Assembly: GCA_003971905.1 (NCBI GenBank)
Contig: RSEE01000126.1
Span: forward strand, 62,001 to 126,000
Direction: 5' to 3'
DNA from: Moniliella sp. 'wahieum'
Taxonomy: Eukaryota
DNA: 64,000 bases
Shown here: positions 36,408 to 48,789 of the stretch, in pieces
Layout: the number at the start of each line of letters is the position of its first letter
How positions within the stretch are numbered: the first letter of the stretch is position 1
Position numbers and translations under genes: made by a program
The notes under the pieces: generated by a model
What the model saw: the letters and a program-made list of their open reading frames with translations, nothing else
What the model was told of the DNA's origin: nothing
Databases searched by the model: none

Positions 36408-38598
36408 TATAGGCGTGAGGTGGTTGTGAGTGGATGTGCTTGAGGAGTTTTGGAGAGGAGGGGAAAATGTGGGATGAGGGATGTGGAGGGCGTTCAACCA
36501 AGTTGCGCTATATATACTAGTTGGCGCTAGGTCTTGATTCCCGCAGCGTGGTGTACTAGCACTAGTTTTGATTTCCGCGGTGTGTGCATTGCATTGCAGT
36601 AACCATGCCATTGACGGTGCTTGTTACGGAGGATAGGCAAGGAAACGCTGATGGGGCTAATCTGCGGTGGGTGTTGCTTGTTGGCGCCATACCCAGTTAG
36701 GGAACCAGGGAATCGGCAGCAGATCATTAATCATTATAGTCGCAGAAGAGACGGTTTCAGACCTAATGTCCGTTGCGGGGTGGGGCAACGTCTCGTCTTC
36801 TCTTACAAAAAACCCTTTTGGCTCTTGCCATCTGTCACGGCGTGTGTCAAAGGAAGAGTGCTTGGCGTAGTCTCGGTACCAATCGTATCCGAAACGCCGG
36901 CGATGAAGGCCACGTGATGCTCTTAGCACCGGTAATCCCCACGACAGAACTTATTTTTGTCAACAGGAGGCATGTCGTCCTTTTACTCGCACCCTTATTA
37001 CTGGCGTTTTCGCCACGGGCCAAAAGTGCGGGGTATACGCCATGGTTGGCGGGGTTAAAAATGGCCAGGGCGGTCAAGTGGCCAAAGATTAATAGCGATC
37101 AATTGGCGACTAATAACGCGGAACGAGTGGGTCCACAGCCAAGCCTCTCTCGGGGCACCACAACAGTGGCGCACTCCATCGCTAAACACTATTTGCCCGT
37201 GTGTCAGGGTGGTCCCCCCAACGCCCCAGCGTTCTTCGGATCCGGCCCTTTTCTGACGTGAACGTGTGAACTCAGCTTCAACGATGCATGATGCATGATG
37301 AACCATCGAGGAACCATCCGATGCACGTTCTCCAGTACTGGGTGTAGAATACGTTCAGGTGAACCGAGTCTGGCATGCGGGAATAACTCGGCGTGTGCCA
37401 CGGAGATACAGTACGCATAGTGCGATGGGCAGTTTCACTATGCACGCAGCCACGCCTCTTTTCGGTGCGTCGGCTCCGGTTCCTACGTGGAACACAAGGG
37501 TGTGTAACAGCGCCTTGTGGCTGGTGGCGCTGTGGTGACCAGTGAAGCCGGTGACCCCGGAGCGGAGACCGAAGACCACCGCACCGGCCATCCGCCCGTT
37601 CTGGCGGCTCACTCCCTCAGGTCGTCGTGTTGGCAACGCCTAACTTCAATCCGGTTGACAGCTCTATAGGAAACGGAGAAGTACATAACACCGGTGGGAT
37701 ATATTCATGCTCCTCGCGTTCATGTGGTGACAGAGAGGTCTCGCATCAGGCCGTGACCTGCGCCGCAGGCCCGTCAAAGTTGTGACAAAATGGCAGGTAT
37801 ATCAGCCTTGCAGCCCCGCCCCGTGGAGGTCCGTGGAGTCTCTCGTAACGCGTAAACGTTAAACGTTGAACGTTAAACCGCGAAGACGTGCCGCCTTGAC
37901 GGCATGATGTTGAACGACCGCCGGTGCCTCGTGCTTTGGCCAACGTCCCTTCAATTCCTCCTCAGGCCTAGGAGTTCCATTGCCTTCTCTCTCTCTTGTT
38001 TTTTCTTGTTCCGCAGCTTATTAGCCTCTGGTGGCGACTCGATGCTTGATGTTCCTCTGTAGGTGTTGCTGGTTGGCTTAGACCACCAGCACCACACAAG
38101 TGCGATTGCATCACCCTCGAGGACCACCAGGACTCCAGATCTCATCAACTTCGTCTTATTCTGCTTGAATCCTTTTTCTTCTCTATCCTATACTTCGTGT
38201 ATATAGCAGACATGGGTCGATGGTGGTCTCGTGTCGCAGCATATGCTATTCACCACGCCCGCGCCCCCCTTTTCCTCGTCTTGTTTGTTATGGGGCGCTC
38301 CGGTTATCTCCGGATGCTGAGCCTTGCATGACGTAGACATCTCAGCCCATCACGCATCAGTTCTCTGCTAGACTAGCGAGAGAGACCGGTTGACACCTTA
38401 TCCATGCCGCGGATATCATCCGCGGACCGCCATGGTCGCATGGGCTTATCGGTACGATGCTTTGTGCCCATTGCGTCCAGTCTTGGCAAAGCCCTTCCTG
38501 TGCTGCGCCCGACTACTAATGCAGCGTCAGCGGGTCAGAGCCTTTGAAAACACGGGCTGTGCGTTAGTCTTTACCTATCTGGAAAGTGCCCCGCATCC

Positions 38599-38829
38599 TG
38601 TTGATACCTGTCACGAGGCGCTTGGGGCCCTAGTTCTTTCTGTTGTATATAAGCAGCCATGTCTAAGGCTTACTCGCTGTGGTCCTGGTCGACCATCCTG
38701 GCTTGGGTCTCCCCGACCACACGTTCTTCTCTCGCCCTTCCACCTTGTCCTACCTCGGATCCCCCCCCATGACACGTCTGGTCGACTCCGCTCCTAGTTA
38801 ATACAAAGGTAAAGGGCCTACTCTCAACA
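38599..38829. mobile_element. Possible degenerate solo LTR (TGTTGA...TCAACA)
   Basis: 6-bp terminal inverted repeat, 231 bp long, internal TATATAA; no TSD. Confidence 0.35.
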
Positions 38830-39529
38830 GCTCATCTCGTCCCCTGCTTCCATCCCCTTTGGCTGCGCCCGTGACACGGACGGTCTATAAGTTGACTGCT
38901 TTTTTTGCCAACAGTCATTAATTTCCATCTATATACGGGGGCGGTATCGATAAAGGGGTGATAGGCATTCTAAATCTTAACCCGCTCGTGGTCTCGTCAC
39001 GCGCGCGTCACGCGTCATTTCCGTCTCCTCCCGTATTGTATGCGGACAGTAGAAGAGGAAAGGGGGGGGGGGGGCATGACATGAGCCACGACGTTGCCTT
39101 CCTCCTTGAGGGTGTGATGATTAAGGACAAAGAGAAAAGGGGGCTGCCGCGACGAGAGAAAAGCGTGCGACACAGGCACAGCGACACACAGTGTGATCGA
39201 AAGCTATATCCTCTCCATTTACTTTTTGTAAAGAGTTTAGTAATGTGGCAATGCGGAGAGGTGGCGATGTGAGTACTGTGAGTACTCAATGATACATTAT
39301 AGGGGATGCAGAAGATTCATTGATAGCTTTTTTAGGTGTTGATGTCACAGATTCTATATTGTACAAATCACTGTTTCTCCTTACTGTTGCCTCGCCTATA
39401 GTAGTAGACGCTTCAACCCCCTCTCTGATCTATCGACCTATCGATAACTGCATATATAAAAAGGAACCCGGACCTTCCTCCCCAAAATGAGGCACACTCA
39501 ACCTCAACCCAACATCCTCGATCCCAACC

Positions 39530-40623
39530 ATGACCTTCACTGCTAACAACACCCCCGGCACCTTGACCGACGTTGACATCAACACTCAGGCTGCAGCTCT
39601 CGAGATGCTCACCCTACATTCCCCGGGTCCGAACCTCACGGCCACCGAACATTCCCCGCGTCCGAACCTCACAACCATCACCCAACATTCCCCGGGTCCG
39701 AACCTCCCGACCACAGAGACGGATCCGATCTCTACAGTTGCGGGGGCCCAACAGCCGATACTTCCAGGCGAAATTTCCAACAGCAGTAGCTTGATGGCCC
39801 AATCCTTCAACCAATCGCCGATCCAGTTCAACTGGAATCCTTCCTTTTTGGACGAGTTATGGGCAATAACAAACCCTTTCCGTGATGCATGGCCGCGCCA
39901 CATGATGCAGCCGCAAGAACCAATGCAGACACAGTTGGGCAATCCATTCCGCCATTGGGTTTTCAGTTGAATGTTGACTCGCCGAACTTCAACATCACTT
40001 TGCAAGACAAAAAACCCATCACACCCATCGGGATGGAGAACTCGCTGGAAGAAGGAGAATCGAAATCTGCCCTTGGATTAAGCCATGCCGCACATGGAGA
40101 CCTACCAGTGACACCAGCTTCGCTACTGCCCTACTCTTTGTTACAAGGTCATGTCCCTTCTGTGGTTCGGATGGAACCATTGGGTACACCTCTACCATGT
40201 CTGCCACATCGGAAGGTGACCTTAATTCCATTCAACCATTGTCGACTGGTATCAGCACCAGTGGTTCAGCAGAACCGAGGTCCAGTACCGGCCTGTCTGC
40301 AAGAAACTGAGCAAGTCTCCATCCAAAAAGCTTCACGGCCGTCGCATCGCATGCCAGCTGTGCCAACAGACGTTTACCCGTGTATCCAATAGAAACGCTC
40401 ACATCCGTGATGTCCATGACCAGAGCGTTCTCGTCCCCTGGGTGCCCAGTTTCATACTGCAAGTATGCCTTTCACACCACAGTATGAACTCAAGCGGCAC
40501 CTACAGAGCCAACATCTCAACCCGAAAAAGGAGATTGTAACCTCCTGCAGAGCATGATGCCATCCGGAACTCTTCTCCAACCTTGAACTCAACTCGGCTC
40601 CCCCCTCTCCTGGTGGTAAATAG
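39530..40623 (+). CDS. C2H2 zinc-finger protein with two fingers
   Basis: TATATAAAA near 39453 and ATG at 39530; HSPGPNL repeated three times. The frame-joined fingers CQLCQQTFTRVSNRNAHIRDVH and CPVSYCKYAF..YELKRHLQSQH lie at about 40350-40520. Confidence 0.7.
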
Positions 40624-40987
40624 GTGCCTGGCATCTGCACTCAACGCTTTCTGCTCGATGTTGCTCTCATCTTTTTGCCCTTATCACACCTGTTTCCTTT
40701 CCTGGTCTATTATGCCCCCGCCAATCTGTTTCCTGGACACAGCATGCCTCTCTCTCTCGGAGGTCTATTACATGCATTGGATCTCTTTCCCCAATTTGAT
40801 GAATATGCTCTTAGTATACTAGCAGGGCCCAGGGCCATGCAATGGCGAGACCGCGGTGGTTCATGGATTTTTTCACCACATCTACTTTCTTGTCGGAGAG
40901 AGGGACGGAGGAGATAAATGAACGGGCACAGTCGAGAGGGTGGGTAAGAAAGGAAGGAGAGAGATGCTCCAAGCATGCAGAGTTCAC

Positions 40988-42135
40988 CATGGGAGATGGG
41001 ATCCAGGCGTTTATTGAAAAACTGTCTGGGAATGACGCTTCAAGTGAAGGTGGACCGCACATAATCAAAGGAGGCTATACGAAGACAGTAAGACCGACTC
41101 AGATACATTTCAATTTCACAACTGTCTCGCTTTCACTTGGAATCCCCGTTGATGACGTTGATGTCTGTCGTTCTGTCTGTGGAGCTAGATTCGAACGGTT
41201 GATGATTCTCTTCCTCCCTCCTTCGTCTCCTCGACGTCGCCATGCCGCCATCCGGGTCCGCCGGCAGACCGCCATCTGAGACCCCCGGCATGAGAGTCAG
41301 ACGGGATACCGTACCCGATCCTGGAGACGGCCAAGAGCATGCGGGTGCAGCGCATTCGACCCCCGCAAGCTGGCGTCGCTGCGCTTTTCCCTTCTCCCCG
41401 CCCGAATGACCGGACACAGGCTGTTCAAGCTGGTCTGGATCGCGCCATCGCTGAGCGAATCGCCCTCCTCCACCCAGCCTCTCTCGCCATCCCAATCCGA
41501 CTCAGAGCAAGGCGAGGTGAATAGAAAGAGAAAGCGCAAGAGCAAGAGCAAGGACAAGGGTGAAGGCAAGACCATGAGCAAGAAAAGAGCAAAACCATCC
41601 CCCCCTCCCATAAACGTTTGTCCTCTGCAGTCCGCGTTTACGTGCAGCCACCCCGGCTGCTTTCTTTCTTTCTCACGCTTCTCGTCCGCTTCCCCATCGC
41701 CGACACTGGCGCTGTCACTGACACGGATCCTTCACACCTCATGTGGCGAATGTGGATGCGTGCATGACGCACAGGGAATGAGCATGCAGAGTACCTGAAG
41801 GTGCACCTCGGTACCAAATGTGCCCCACAGGGCTGGCGCGACCAGCCTGTCGCGACTCGATTCCGCCGCATGGTAAGATGAGTGCTACGCGCTCTTGGCG
41901 GACCGCAACCTGCGAAACGCAGGAGGAAGCCAGCGTCCCGGCGGGGGAGCAGGCGGACAGTCTGGCAATGATGACTGATGACTGTGCCGACGAGACTGAC
42001 GATTACGACAAGGATCCACGCTCGTCAGTGATGGTGGCACTGCGGCCGTCGTGCGTTGCGTGTACCCCCACGGCTTGCGGTCTGCCTATGTCCCATGGGG
42101 CTACGCCGGCCGCTTTGTGCCCAACCCTCGCCTGA
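40988..42135 (+). CDS. Second putative zinc-finger protein with basic NLS-like tract, possibly degenerate
   Basis: NRKRKRKSKSKDK..KKRAK followed by FTCSHPGCFLSFSRFSS and CGECG; boundaries uncertain. Confidence 0.4.
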
Positions 42136-42344
42136 CCCCCTTTGATGTGTTTGCTAGCTTTGAATTGCTGTATGTGACAAGCAGCCCCGTTCGAGGTATT
42201 ATCGTTTGTTCCGCTCCGCTACCTTTGTTCTGCTTCTGCTTTTCTTTTCCTTCATCGGTTTGCCCCAGGGGGGGGGGGGGGTGCGAGTAGGAAGGTGCCG
42301 CGTGGGCCTCCTCGGTGCAGAGACTACTATTTGACCTATGTACC

Positions 42345-42614
42345 ATGTAATTCCTCGTGCGTCTGTTTTGTTTGCTTTTTGTTGTTGGTTTGTGTACGTT
42401 GGTTTTCTCTCAGACTGGCCATGACCGCGATCCCTGCTCCTTCAAGCTCCAGAGCAGTGCCACCGGCTCCCCTCCTGTTTCCTATTGTACGGCATGTACG
42501 ACGTATGACCTCGGACCTAGGACCCTCAACTATCGGACCGGTCGACGCCGCGAAATGACACCCGCCAAGTCGACTCTTCTGTGTTGTGTGCTTCGCTGGA
42601 GGGTACTAAGTTGA
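42345..42614 (+). pseudogene. Possible small secreted Cys-containing protein with a stop at codon 2
   Basis: ATG-TAA-TTC-CTC-GTG is in frame with RLFCLLFVVGLCTLVFSQ (signal-peptide-like) and a Cys-containing tail. Confidence 0.35.
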
Positions 42615-44310
42615 TGTAAGTATCGATCCCTGCTGCCTATTGCTTGGCTCATCTTTCATTATACGTAGCTCCGAATGCACCATTCTCGCTCTGCCTCGCC
42701 CGTCGCGCTTTCCTTCGCTTGGTCCCCTTGGTTTGCTTTGCTTTTGGTTTCCACCTTAGTCTTACATCTGCTTGTGTATACTTACGCCGGGCTTGTTGGC
42801 ATATGTGTCTTTCTCTTCCCAATGGGGCCGAAAGTCTCCGGCTTCGACCTGAACCACGTCTTCCTCGACTTCTCCAGAGCTTCTTCCCCCCAATCTCTGG
42901 GTTCCGCCTGCCTTACATCCTGCAGGCGTCATCAAAGCTAGAGCTAGTAGTATCGACATGAGCCGATCCTAGCTCAGCGCGGAGGGTTACGGAACGGTAA
43001 ACACTCTCAGCGTCTTAGCTTGCTGGCATGCACATGCAGCATGAGTGTAGGGTTCTAGTTACTAGAGAAGCAGGTGGTGTGAGACGATTCAATTGGCCCC
43101 CCTGAGCTGAGGAACTCAAACGCCCACCACTCAACGATGACAAGAAGCCATCCGTTAGCATCGGCTCGATTCCCGTGCGAGGGCTGAGGGCTGAGGCTGA
43201 GCACGGGGGACGGCTGAGGGGGGATGCTACGTGCTGTGGAGAGAGTGGTGTGTGCACGACAGGATCTGAGAAGAAGATGGATGGACAAAGAAAAACCCCC
43301 AAGGACAGAGGTGGTGGTGGGATGTTGGGGCGCAGCGAAGCGCCCAGCCGCTCAGCCTGGCAAGCAGGCTGACCTGGCTGCGCACATTATAGCGCCCCGT
43401 TGGTCTGGGTGGCATTCATGGGCTGCGCACGGAAGAAGACACGCGGAGCCCTTGGTAATCCCACCGTCTTTGTTTTTCTAGTGAGATGAAGAAAAGCAGA
43501 AGCAAAGCCCGCCTGCCGCCCGCTCTTATACCGCCCCGCCCATTCCGCCCGCCAAGGTGGAGGGGCTGCGCCCATTCCGCCCGGGGGGGGCATGCGCAAG
43601 CACTGGGGCGCACCCAGTAGGGTTACCGGGCGCCTGTACGTACATAGTCCACCGCTCGCCTGTCGCCCGTCCCGTGGGCGTCTTAGAGCTTAGTTGGGCC
43701 CTGAGCCTCAGGCCCAACGCCTTATGTCCGACAGACGTGTGGCGGGCTAATGTGGCGCCCCCGCCGGCCGCCCACTGCACGTACTACCCCTGTACCCCAT
43801 CCCGCCTGTCCGGCCAGCATACTCTCTACGGAACACGATCGGCAGCCTGCTCAAGGGGTCAACAGGGAGTGGTGAAGCTTGAAAGAAAAAAGGGGGGGGC
43901 AGGGGGCCATCGCCCCAACCCAGTGCGGGTAGATAGACCAGAGATACCCCTCCCCCCTCCCCTTTCTGGGCGAATCAAACGATAGGGGCGAGCGGCCAGA
44001 TAAGATCGATCAGCAGGGAGGGCAGGGCCAGGGCCTGGGGGGAGGTAGGAGGAAAGAGGGGGGTGATGATGCGAGGGTGGGGGGACGGGGGCAGGGGGGG
44101 AAGGACTGTTCCGGCACATAGGACAGGGAGAGGATCCCATCGAGCCCCGCGTCGATGAGCCGGCCTTGACAAGGAGGGAATAGGGCAAGGGAGGGAAGAG
44201 AAATGCCAGAGGATGGGATGGATGGAATGGGTGCACACGAGAGGGAGGGGAGAGAGAGAGAAAGGGAGAGAATGCTGTGTCCAAGTCGGTGGCGGAACAC
44301 ACACATCGAA

Positions 44311-44839
44311 TCAACTCTGGTCCATCGGCGCATCCACCTCGTTACCGGGTCGGCCAGGGGGGAAGGGGTAGTCACAGCAAGAGGGAAAGTGGACACGGCC
44401 TCATGCGACGGCCGGCCAGTAAACCCAGCTGTGGATCCTGGGCCGGGAGCCGGGATGGGGGCAGGGGCGTGGGTAGGGGTGGAAACCTCAGCCGAAGTGG
44501 TGGCGGCCGAGACGAGGGCGCCAGTGGCCGGTTCGGCGCTCACGGCGTGCGGGACATCGGCGGGCGAAGGAATCGCCGTTCCCAGCGGTTCGCCACCGGA
44601 AACACCAGCCTTGGACATGGCATAGTCACCGCTGTCAAAGAACTTGCGCTCGCGCATGCGCGCCATCGCCGCGGTGGCCGCGCTGCCGTTCAGCCGCGCA
44701 GGCAGGCGGCCGTACTTTTCCAGCGCGGTGCGCTCCTGCGGAGAGAGGGTCTGGGGAGGAGGTCAGGTGAATAGCGCAGACAGAGGGGGTCGGAGAGACG
44801 TACGCTGAGATCGACCTTGTTGCGCTGGGCAGGCAGCAT
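44311..44839 (-). CDS. Endosulfine / cAMP-regulated phosphoprotein (Igo1/Igo2 family)
   Basis: MLPAQRNKVDLS, an intron, LSPQERTALEKYGRLP, and the hallmark RKFFDSGDYAMSKAG. Confidence 0.92.
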
Positions 44840-45645
44840 GGCCGAGGTGGGTGGTGGTGGTGGTGGTGGTGGTGGTGGTGGTGGTGGCCGGCGGTGGTGC
44901 CAGGCTGGTCGCGCCTTGCTCCTGCCGCCGGGCGGCCGAGCGGCCCTGGGCGCAGTGGGAAAAAGAAAATCGAAAAGAAAACAACAGGGAAACGGCGGTG
45001 GGCATCACGTGATGGGTTGCGCCAGCTGTGTGCTAGCGCCGAGGGCTGACGTACACCCCGGGGTCGTTTGCAGCGGGGGGTGCTGAAAGTTGAAATGAGG
45101 TCATGACCCATTTGACACGGGGGGGCGTGCGCTGGGGCGTGCTGGGGCAGGAGCGCGGGGGCAGTGCGCTGCTCAGCAGCGGAGGCTGAGTGGGTGAGCG
45201 CTGAGGCAGCTGCGCTGGCTGGCGCCGTGCGGGCTGGTGATCATCCATTCCCCCCCCTCGTTGTGCGTCGACAGCGGGGGGGCCGTGTAGGCGGTACGGC
45301 GGTGTGCGCTGGTGTACCTGGCTCAGCGTCACGATGCATGATGCATTGCATGACAGCCGGCACGTGACGGGTGAGTGTGCTGGCGCGGGTGGCGCAGGGC
45401 CAGTGTGCGGGGCAATCGCCCTTGGCGCGGCCCAGCGCTGCTCGGCCACCGCCAGCAATCACCCATCCTCCGCCTGGTCATCGGTCATCGATCATCGCGC
45501 CTCGCTCGGTTGGGGGCAGTCCCTCGTCACTCGGACGACGCAATCGGAGCACTGGTCGCAGTACCACTAGCAGGCTGGCATCGCCCATCCTCTCTGCCCC
45601 GCCCTCCGCTCCATCTTCTCCCTCTGCTCCATCCCCCCCACCGCC

Positions 45646-46583
45646 ATGTCCGCCGCCGCCAGCACCCCGCTCAAGTACGCCGATGCCAAGTACATCTTCC
45701 TCACCGACTTTGACGGCACCATCACCCTGCTCGACTCGAACGACCACATGGTCGACAACTACGGCATGGGCTACACCGAGCGCCGCAAGATCAACGAGAA
45801 GATCGTGTCGGAGCAGGTCTCCTACCGCGACGGCTTCCGCCAGATGGTCGAGAGTGTCCACCAGCCCTTCCACAAGATGGAAGCGCTTGTCCGCCGCGAC
45901 GTGACCCTCGACCCGGGCTTCAAGGACTTTCACGCCTTTGCCAAGGCCAACCACATCCCCATCATTGTCGTCTCCTCGGGCATGACCCCCATCATCCGCT
46001 CCATCTTTGCCAACCTCATTGGCGACGAGGAGGCCAGCAAGATCGATGTCATCTCCAACGACGTGCACTTCACCGACCCCGAGGGCAAGGGCGACAGTGG
46101 GAGCTGGTCTACCGCCACCCGGACAAGTACGTCGTTCTTCGTGTTCCCCTTCTCACCTTGTTGCATCTGCGTCTGCGTCTGCGTCTGTGCAGTACAGCTT
46201 ACTCTCCTCTCTGCTCCCTGCGACCACTTACGCGTAGCCACTACGGCCACGACAAGAGTCTCTCCATCTGCCCTACCGCAACCTGGAGCACGCACCCACG
46301 CTCTTTTTGCTGGCGATGGCATTAGCGACATGAGCGCCGCGACGCATGCGGACGTGCTCTTTGTCAAGGACAAGCCCGACAACGATCTGGGCCGGTACTG
46401 CGACCGCAAGGGCTACCCCTACAAGCTGTTTAAAGATTGGACGCAGATCAAGGCGGATGTGCAGGCGATCATTGATGGCAAGGCGCCCAAGGAGATCATG
46501 ACTGACCTGGGCAAGACAACGGGCAAAACGCCGCTGAACTGGAAGCCGAGGCAGCAGCCAAAAAGGTATCTGCCAAGGCGTAG
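45646..46583 (+). CDS. HAD-superfamily phosphatase (YNL010W/Pyp1-like, MtnX-like)
   Basis: YIFLTDFDGTITLLDSND, LDPGFKDF, IVVSSGMTPII, GHDKS and FAGDGISDMSAATHADVLFVK; intron at about 46127-46237. Confidence 0.88.
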
Positions 46584-47737
46584 GATTTCTAACCCATCTC
46601 CACTTGCGCCAGCAGCACACTGCCTCCGCCACGGCATTAGCTCCCTAGTCACTCTAGTCACTCTAGTCCTCCTGGCGCTCCAACTCGTCACGGCCCACCA
46701 CCCCCTTTTGTAGCTTGCCCACGCTTGCCCAAGCTTGCAGGATCGGCAATCGATAATCGATTTCCTGCTATGACAACAGCTCACTGCCACCATCACACCA
46801 CGCCCCGTGCCACTCTGCGCAGCTGCCAAGCAGCCGTCAGATCCAGGCGAGGCGTCAAGCTTCAAGCTTCAAGCTTCAAGGCAAAGTGGTGGGTGGTGAG
46901 TAAGTGGAGAGTGGGAGCCACCAGTCGTCAAGTAACGTCAGATCTCAGAGGGGAATAAAGCCTAAGGAGACAGGTGAGTTCTGAGAGAGGGAGATGCAGC
47001 GAGCAGGGAGTGTGTAGTAGGGAGTGTGCAGTAGTGCCCAGCCTGGGAGCGCAACCCTTCAAGGCGAGCGTCACCGGTCACCCGATCAACTGAGTCTGAG
47101 TACACTGAGTATAACTGAGTACCGAGAAGTGCCCAGACGGGCCGGGCCGAGGAACCCTTTTCTCGCAACCGCACTGCCTTCCGCAGTTGCTTGCTGGCTT
47201 TTGCTGTGCAGTGCAGTCGCCAGGGTGGACTTGTTGCCTGGCTTTCAGACCTGAGCGCCTGAGCTCAGGCGAAAGAGGGAGTTTCACCGAGAATCCGGGT
47301 GTGTTGGGCCGACAGTGCGTGCGGGCGAAGACAAGAGGCCAGTGACTAGCCGGGGACGAGGGACCTGTCTAGTGACTACGCAGCGCAGTCGCCAGCCCGT
47401 CGTGAGTACTGAGACTCGGTCTGCTCCAGCCCGGCTCGCACGGCCGGCACGGGCGGGAGGGCTGTGGGGAGGCGCGTCGGGGTGGTGAGCACGGCGTGCA
47501 GTGTGCTGGGCTACGGGTTGAGCAGTACATGCTACTGTACGCGCTAAGCCCTGGCGTTGCGCCGCGAACTCCACCGTTGCATTGGACCGAAAACCGCTCG
47601 CCTCGACCCGGCCGAGCGGTCGGTGGGGATGGTGATGGGGTTCGGCCTTAGGGTGTATATATACCCCCCGGGGCGCCCACCCGGCACCTAGTGCTAACCG
47701 ACCGACCGACCGACCGACTGGTGCTGGGCCGCCCCTG

Positions 47738-48789
47738 ATGCCGAAACCTGCTCCCCACTGAAAGACAGCGAGGCAGCTGCCGACGCGCTCCGCCGAGCTA
47801 CGACGAAGCGACCTACACCTCTCCTGCGGCTGCGCCTGGTGCGCGCGCTTCCGCGCCGTCCGGCGTCTCCCCTGCGGCCGGGCCGAGTGCCGGCGCGAGC
47901 ACGGCCGCTGCAGGCTCGGGTTCGCGCGGGCCAAGCAGATGTATGGCAATCCGCTCGCGTCCAATGCCGAGTGGGCGCCGACGGAGCAGGATGCGCGCCT
48001 GACGCAGCTGCCTACGATTGACTTTATGTTGCGTGTCAAGGCACGTTTGGGCCGTAAGGCCGGCACGCCATTCGACCCGCCGCCCGTGAGCTTTTCCGCC
48101 CCGTGCCGCGCTCGGTCTCGAGAGCGGCAGCGGTGCGGGATCCGCCTTTGCGCCCCTAGTGACGCCGTCGTTGGGCAAGGACCGGCTGATCGGGGCCGGT
48201 TTAAGCCCGACTACTGCGGTCGGTGTTGGCTGCGCACGATGTGAGTGCGGCGGACTATGCGCGCTTTTTGGAGGACATATTCACGGCGGGCAAAGGGGTG
48301 GCAAAGGTCAAGTCGTGGCTAACGTTGCGCCGATTGCGATGCACATGGGCATGACGGGGTACTTTGTGACGAAAGCGATTGTCAAGCGGTTTGCCGGCGC
48401 AACGAGCCCTTGGTCGCATACCATCGAGACGTGGCAAGAGACGTTCTTTGGCCCACGGGGGATAGATATGTACGTGGTGCAAAATGAGGAACGCGCGACG
48501 ACCCAAGCCGTGGGCAAGGACACGTTACCCCCCTCCCGCTCCGCCTGACGTGGTCCAAGCGCTACATGCTATGCCGCCGGGACCCGATTCGGACTCGTCC
48601 AGTTCTTCTCTCTCAGTTCCAGTTCCAGTTCCTCCTCCAGCTCCAGCGACTCGGACTCGGACGCACCCCGCCTCTCCAAGCGCGAAAAGAAGGAGCGGAA
48701 AAAACAGCGCAAGAGGGACAAACAGTTGGTCAAAAAGAACCGTGTCAAGAAAAAGAAGGGTACCTACCTCGTCTTTGCCCTCTGCGTAG
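47738..48789 (+). CDS. Fungal DUF4646-like protein
   Basis: TATA near 47656; PPSYDEA, PFDPPPVSFS, HDVSAADYARFLEDI and WQETFFGPRGIDMY, followed by Ser-rich and Lys-rich tails. Confidence 0.6.

Noticed and set aside
36600..38400. Possible degraded gene or transposase remnant next to the GXWXG gene
   Set aside because: Only short ORFs with no recognisable motif.
44849..44887. (GGT)n run read as poly-His or poly-Thr
   Set aside because: It lies upstream of the endosulfine ATG, so it is a 5' UTR microsatellite.
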